DNA from: the human T2T-CHM13v2.0 reference genome, Homo sapiens
Length of the DNA: 64,000 nt
Strand: one strand, 5' to 3'
Assembly: GCF_009914755.1 (NCBI RefSeq)
Contig: NC_060935.1
Part shown: positions 60,087 through 64,000 of the stretch, piece by piece
How the letters are laid out: each line of letters starts with the position of its first letter
Numbering within the stretch: the first letter of the stretch is position 1
Notes under the pieces: model-generated
Told to the model about the DNA's origin: nothing
Databases searched by the model: none
The model's input: only the letters and a program-made list of their open reading frames with translations
Program-made: the position numbers and the translations under genes

Positions 60087-61163
60087 CTGTAAATAAGTAA
60101 AGTAAGATTTGTAAACAAAGCAATCAATACCCATACACTATACATTCACCAGAGAGTCAACAGAGAAATAAATATGTGTTGGTGGCCAATTTGTACCAAG
60201 ACTGCGAAAAATACTGGAGATATCTAGATGAAAAGTCTTTCCCCAAGAAACATGTAACTAAGTGGAGGTAACATGTTAATTATTACAGTGGAGCTACAGT
60301 ACTGCAATGGAAAGAGTGAGGGGAAAGCAGCTATCTCTGGAGAGGTTAGGAGCTACCTAGAGCTACCTGGAGAATGCAGAGAGTATTTTATTTACTCATT
60401 TTCATATTGTTCTTTCTCTTTTATTCTCAAGTCATATTCCATTCATTGTCATATTATTCTAATGGTTAACATTTAAGCTAATTATCTTATTGATAATAGT
60501 AATTAAATAATTTTAATAAGGATCACCTTTGACACAGGTTGATAAATCTTTATCCTACCTCTTATATTAGTCCTAATTAAGTTGAGCTTTTTTCTGATTA
60601 AATTGTAATTGATTTTACAGCTCATGAATTTATTGAAATGCATGTGTCTGATATTTTAATACTATAGTCTTCATGTTTAGAATAATATTATGTTTAATAA
60701 AAATGTGTTGAACAAATCAAAGCACTATATACCTTAAATTTCAGTGGAAGAGGATTTTTTTAAAAGTACAAAAATTGCAAAACACAGTAATAAGCTTGGT
60801 GAAAAGTATAAAACAAGGTGATGCAATAGAAAAAGAAAGTGGCTATTTTAAGTAGAGGAAATAAGGAAGGTCCTGAGGAAGTGGCAACTGATACCAGGCA
60901 CGAACAGCTAGTTGCATGAAAATCTTGAGAAAGAGCCGTGCGAGTTAAAAGAAGAGCCTATTTAAAGGCTCTTAAGTTGGGAATAAACTTGGCAATTTGG
61001 AAGCACAGAAAGAAGGTAAGTATGTATGAAAAAGAGTAAGAATAGAAGAATATTATCTAATATAATGTGTGAAAAGTTGAATATGGGTAGATTATGGTAG
61101 GGTTTTGTAGGCTCAGATAAAGAGTGTGAAGTTTATTTTGAATTCAATACAGTGTCTTTGCTG

Positions 61164-61381
61164 CAATGGTTCTCAGCCAGGTAACAATTTTGCCTCCCAG
61201 GGTAAATTTGGCAGTGTGGACACATTTTTAGTTGATACAACTAGGAGGGAAAGGTGCTACTGGCATCTAGTGAATGGAAGCCAGGAATGCTGCTAAATAT
61301 TTTACAAGATATAGGATCGTTCTTCACAACAAATAATTATCTGGCCTAAAAAGTCAATAGTATTGCAGTTTAGAAACCCTA
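61164..61381. mobile_element. MER20 (hAT) DNA transposon
   Basis: caatggttctca...ggtgctactggcatctagtg...gaaaccct. Confidence 0.85.
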
Positions 61382-61593
61382 TTTAAGGAGATTGTAAAGA
61401 GATAATGATAAAGTAACAGTATCTAACTTACATTTTAATTAATCTGGATACTGGTTGGAAATTAAATTATAGAACACTGCACATCACACTCGAGTGACAA
61501 CAGAGCTTTGTAGGGATCAAAGAAAAGAAGATATAATAGCATTTATATCGATCACATATCTATGTAGTTTTATTTCTGAAAATATGACCTCAC

Positions 61594-61669
61594 CTGTGTT
61601 GCACATAAATCCATCTAGTAAGTCATATTCTAAATTCTAATGCGTTTATATCCTCTTCACCTCTTACCT
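61594..61669 (-). pseudogene. Candidate exon, 76 bp, phase 1>2: VRGEEDINALEFRI*LTRWIYVQH
   Basis: cttttag| acceptor, CAG|gtgagg donor, one stop. Confidence 0.45.
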
Positions 61670-62237
61670 CTAAAAGCCTTGCAGCTTCAACAACTTCGAC
61701 AGTAGAAAAGACAAATCCATCCATCATTAACAGATTATTTAAGATTTCAGTGTAATTCCATATCAACCTTACCCCCAGCCCCAATACTATTTTTTATTTA
61801 TTTTGTTTTCTTCAGGATCATAATTAATAAAACACGATATTTCTTCCTGTGAGGATTTATATCACCAGAATGAGAATGAAGTGTGAAAGCCAAACACTCT
61901 CCATTAACTATTGTTTATACAGCATTTTTACTTGTCAAATGTTATTCACAGAAGAACAAAATATGATGGGGATATTTTTTCTTCTCCAATTCTAGGCAAT
62001 TTGATTAAGTTGCTACACATTCATACATCATTCAGTGAAAAATAGTATTTGAACTAAAGCAAAAAAGACAGAAAATAATTTTGACAGTTCAGAAAACAAC
62101 AGAGCTTCTAGGAATTGGGAATTTTGAAGGAATTTTCAAATCTGCCATGTTCTTTACTTCTAAAGCCACTGAAAAGTGATAGAGATTCTTTCATTCAAAG
62201 ACCTGCGGTCACCACTAACCTGTGATGATTAATAGAA

Positions 62238-62601
62238 GTATGTCAGTCTGAATGTTTGCTCCTTTCAAAATCATCAATGAAACCTAATCACTAGTATGAT
62301 GGCACTAGAAGGTAGAGTCTTTGGAAAGTGACGAGGTCATGAGGGCAGAGTCCTCATGAATTAGATTAGTGCACTTATAAAAGAGGCCCCAAAGAGCTGC
62401 CTTGACCCTTCCACCACGTGAGGACACAGCTAGAAGGTGCTATCCATGAACCAGAACGTGGGCCCTGAGCAGACACTGAATCTAACAGCATAATGATCAC
62501 GGACTCTGCAGGCTCCACAACTATGAAAAATAAATTTCTGTTGTTTATAAGCCTTGTAGTCTATGACAATATGCCATCACAGCCCAGATAGATTAAGAAA
62601 A
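62238..62601 (+). mobile_element. MLT1A-type solo LTR
   Basis: aggtcatgagggcagagtcctcatgaattagattagtg...aataaatttctgttgtttataagc. Confidence 0.8.
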
Positions 62602-63053
62602 CAGGCATTGTAGACAGCTACTCATTTAAATTTCAGTTCTACCATTCATTTGATTTTAAATGAAACACAGGTAAACTTCTTTGAGTCCCAGTTTGCTTTC
62701 CTATAAACTGAGAATAATATCCATTATTAAATAAGAAAATCAGACATGCGGTACATGCTGTTACTGTAACACCTAGGAGTTAGAAGATATCTTGTTATTC
62801 ATATTTCTATTTGAATCATGTGGTCATTGTTGAATGGCCATGTTTTAATGAGTCAGGCACATTTTACTTAGCTAACTCTTCCTAAAATTGGAACTAAGAA
62901 CTGATTTGAATGCCGCCCATCTCCTCCCACTTTATTTTTCCAAGCGAAACATAAATTCAGTCATATTTATGAGCCCAACCCTGATCCTCAGGTGCCTTGG
63001 GTTACATTACTGGGATCTACCAAATGGTCAGTTTCTATCTGCTCAGTTCACAA

Positions 63054-63212
63054 TCACAGGAAAGAACAAACTCTCTTAGTTATTTGACAATGGCAGAGAC
63101 CAAAGAGAGATTGGACTTTTGGATATATATGTCTACAAGAAACAACCAAAAGAACAGTGTATTCCCAAGAACAAATGACAATCATATCACATAAATAAGT
63201 CAAAAGGAGGAG
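63054..63212 (-). pseudogene. Candidate exon, signal-peptide-like N-terminus (LLLLTYLCDMIVICSWEYT...); lower boundary not defined
   Basis: Strong acceptor ttttccttctattttattcccttcag| at 63213-63214; hydrophobic stretch followed by WEY; overlaps ORF 63054..63248. Confidence 0.4.
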
Positions 63213-63319
63213 CTGAAGGGAATAAAATAGAAGGAAAATAAAAGTCAATCTTTATATTACTTATTCTGGGTTAAAAGTGTATGCATCAAAAATGTTTGAT
63301 ACGGTATTTGATTTAGTAC

Positions 63320-63480
63320 TAATGAGTGAAGAGAATATTGTTTTCCCATGTATAGACGAGAAAACTGAGATTATAGAGAGAGGTTAAATAAGTTGCTCAC
63401 AAGTTTACATGTACAAAATATTAGAGCTTAAATTTTTACCTGTTTTGTCTCCATAAAAAGCCAATGATATCTCTACTAAA
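63320..63480. mobile_element. MIR fragment
   Basis: atagacgagaaaactgagatt..agaggttaaataagttgctca core. Confidence 0.6.
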
Positions 63481-64000
63481 GTACATTTTCTTTGCCTTGT
63501 AGTGCTATGTGAAATGACTTGTCAGCTAAGCATGGAACTTAATGGTACAATATATATCATCTTCAATTTCAATCAAATACTTGAAATATAAATTTAGACA
63601 AGGACAAATAAGGTAATAATGCAGCTTAAACCAAAAGTATGGCTGTATAAATTACACATCAGCAGCCACCAGTTATGATATACAGCAGGTGATTCATTAT
63701 AATTCAACTCACCCTTAAGATTTTAGGAAGAAGAATAAGGCAAATCTACCCTTAGCCTGTGTGGTACTCATTAAAATCACAACACTATTTCTTCTACAGA
63801 ATACGTGGTAATGTTTTCTAAGGCTAGTCTGATCAATCTTTGATTTTTCTCTTTAGGAATCTTGGAATTTAAGTAGAGTTATAAATAAGTGAGAGTAGTT
63901 CCCTCAGTTCTCAAAGATTCATTATCTCATTTATAAGGAACATGTTTATTGGATGCTACATTCAACTATGGCTTTTCCTGAACTTTCCCTTTTTGAAAAC

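Overview
AT-rich, repeat-dense primate genomic DNA, very likely human (an AluYa5 carries all five diagnostic positions). I see no intact protein-coding gene. The main elements are a 6.9 kb HERV-H provirus with paired 432-bp LTR7s and a GGTAA TSD (14698-21632), a full-length disrupted L1PA (35635-41786) nested in a near-complete Tigger1, an old NUMT (COX1 3' part, tRNA-Ser, tRNA-Asp, COX2 5' part; ~46778-47772), a THE1/MST MaLR element, and many solo LTRs, Alus and L1/L2/MIR fragments. The most notable signal is in the unique gaps between repeats. About 18 short minus-strand segments bounded by canonical AG/GT sites, many phase-compatible with their neighbours, run from ~63.2 kb down to ~0.6 kb. 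Their translations contain many stops and some frameshifts. By eye they align in colinear order with the CatSper auxiliary subunit epsilon (CATSPERE) sequence as I recall it. My inference is an ancient, intron-containing, decayed CATSPERE/CATSPERD-family paralog spanning almost the whole window. The homology call rests on recalled sequence and manual alignment and needs a profile search. Repeat subfamily names are also by eye.
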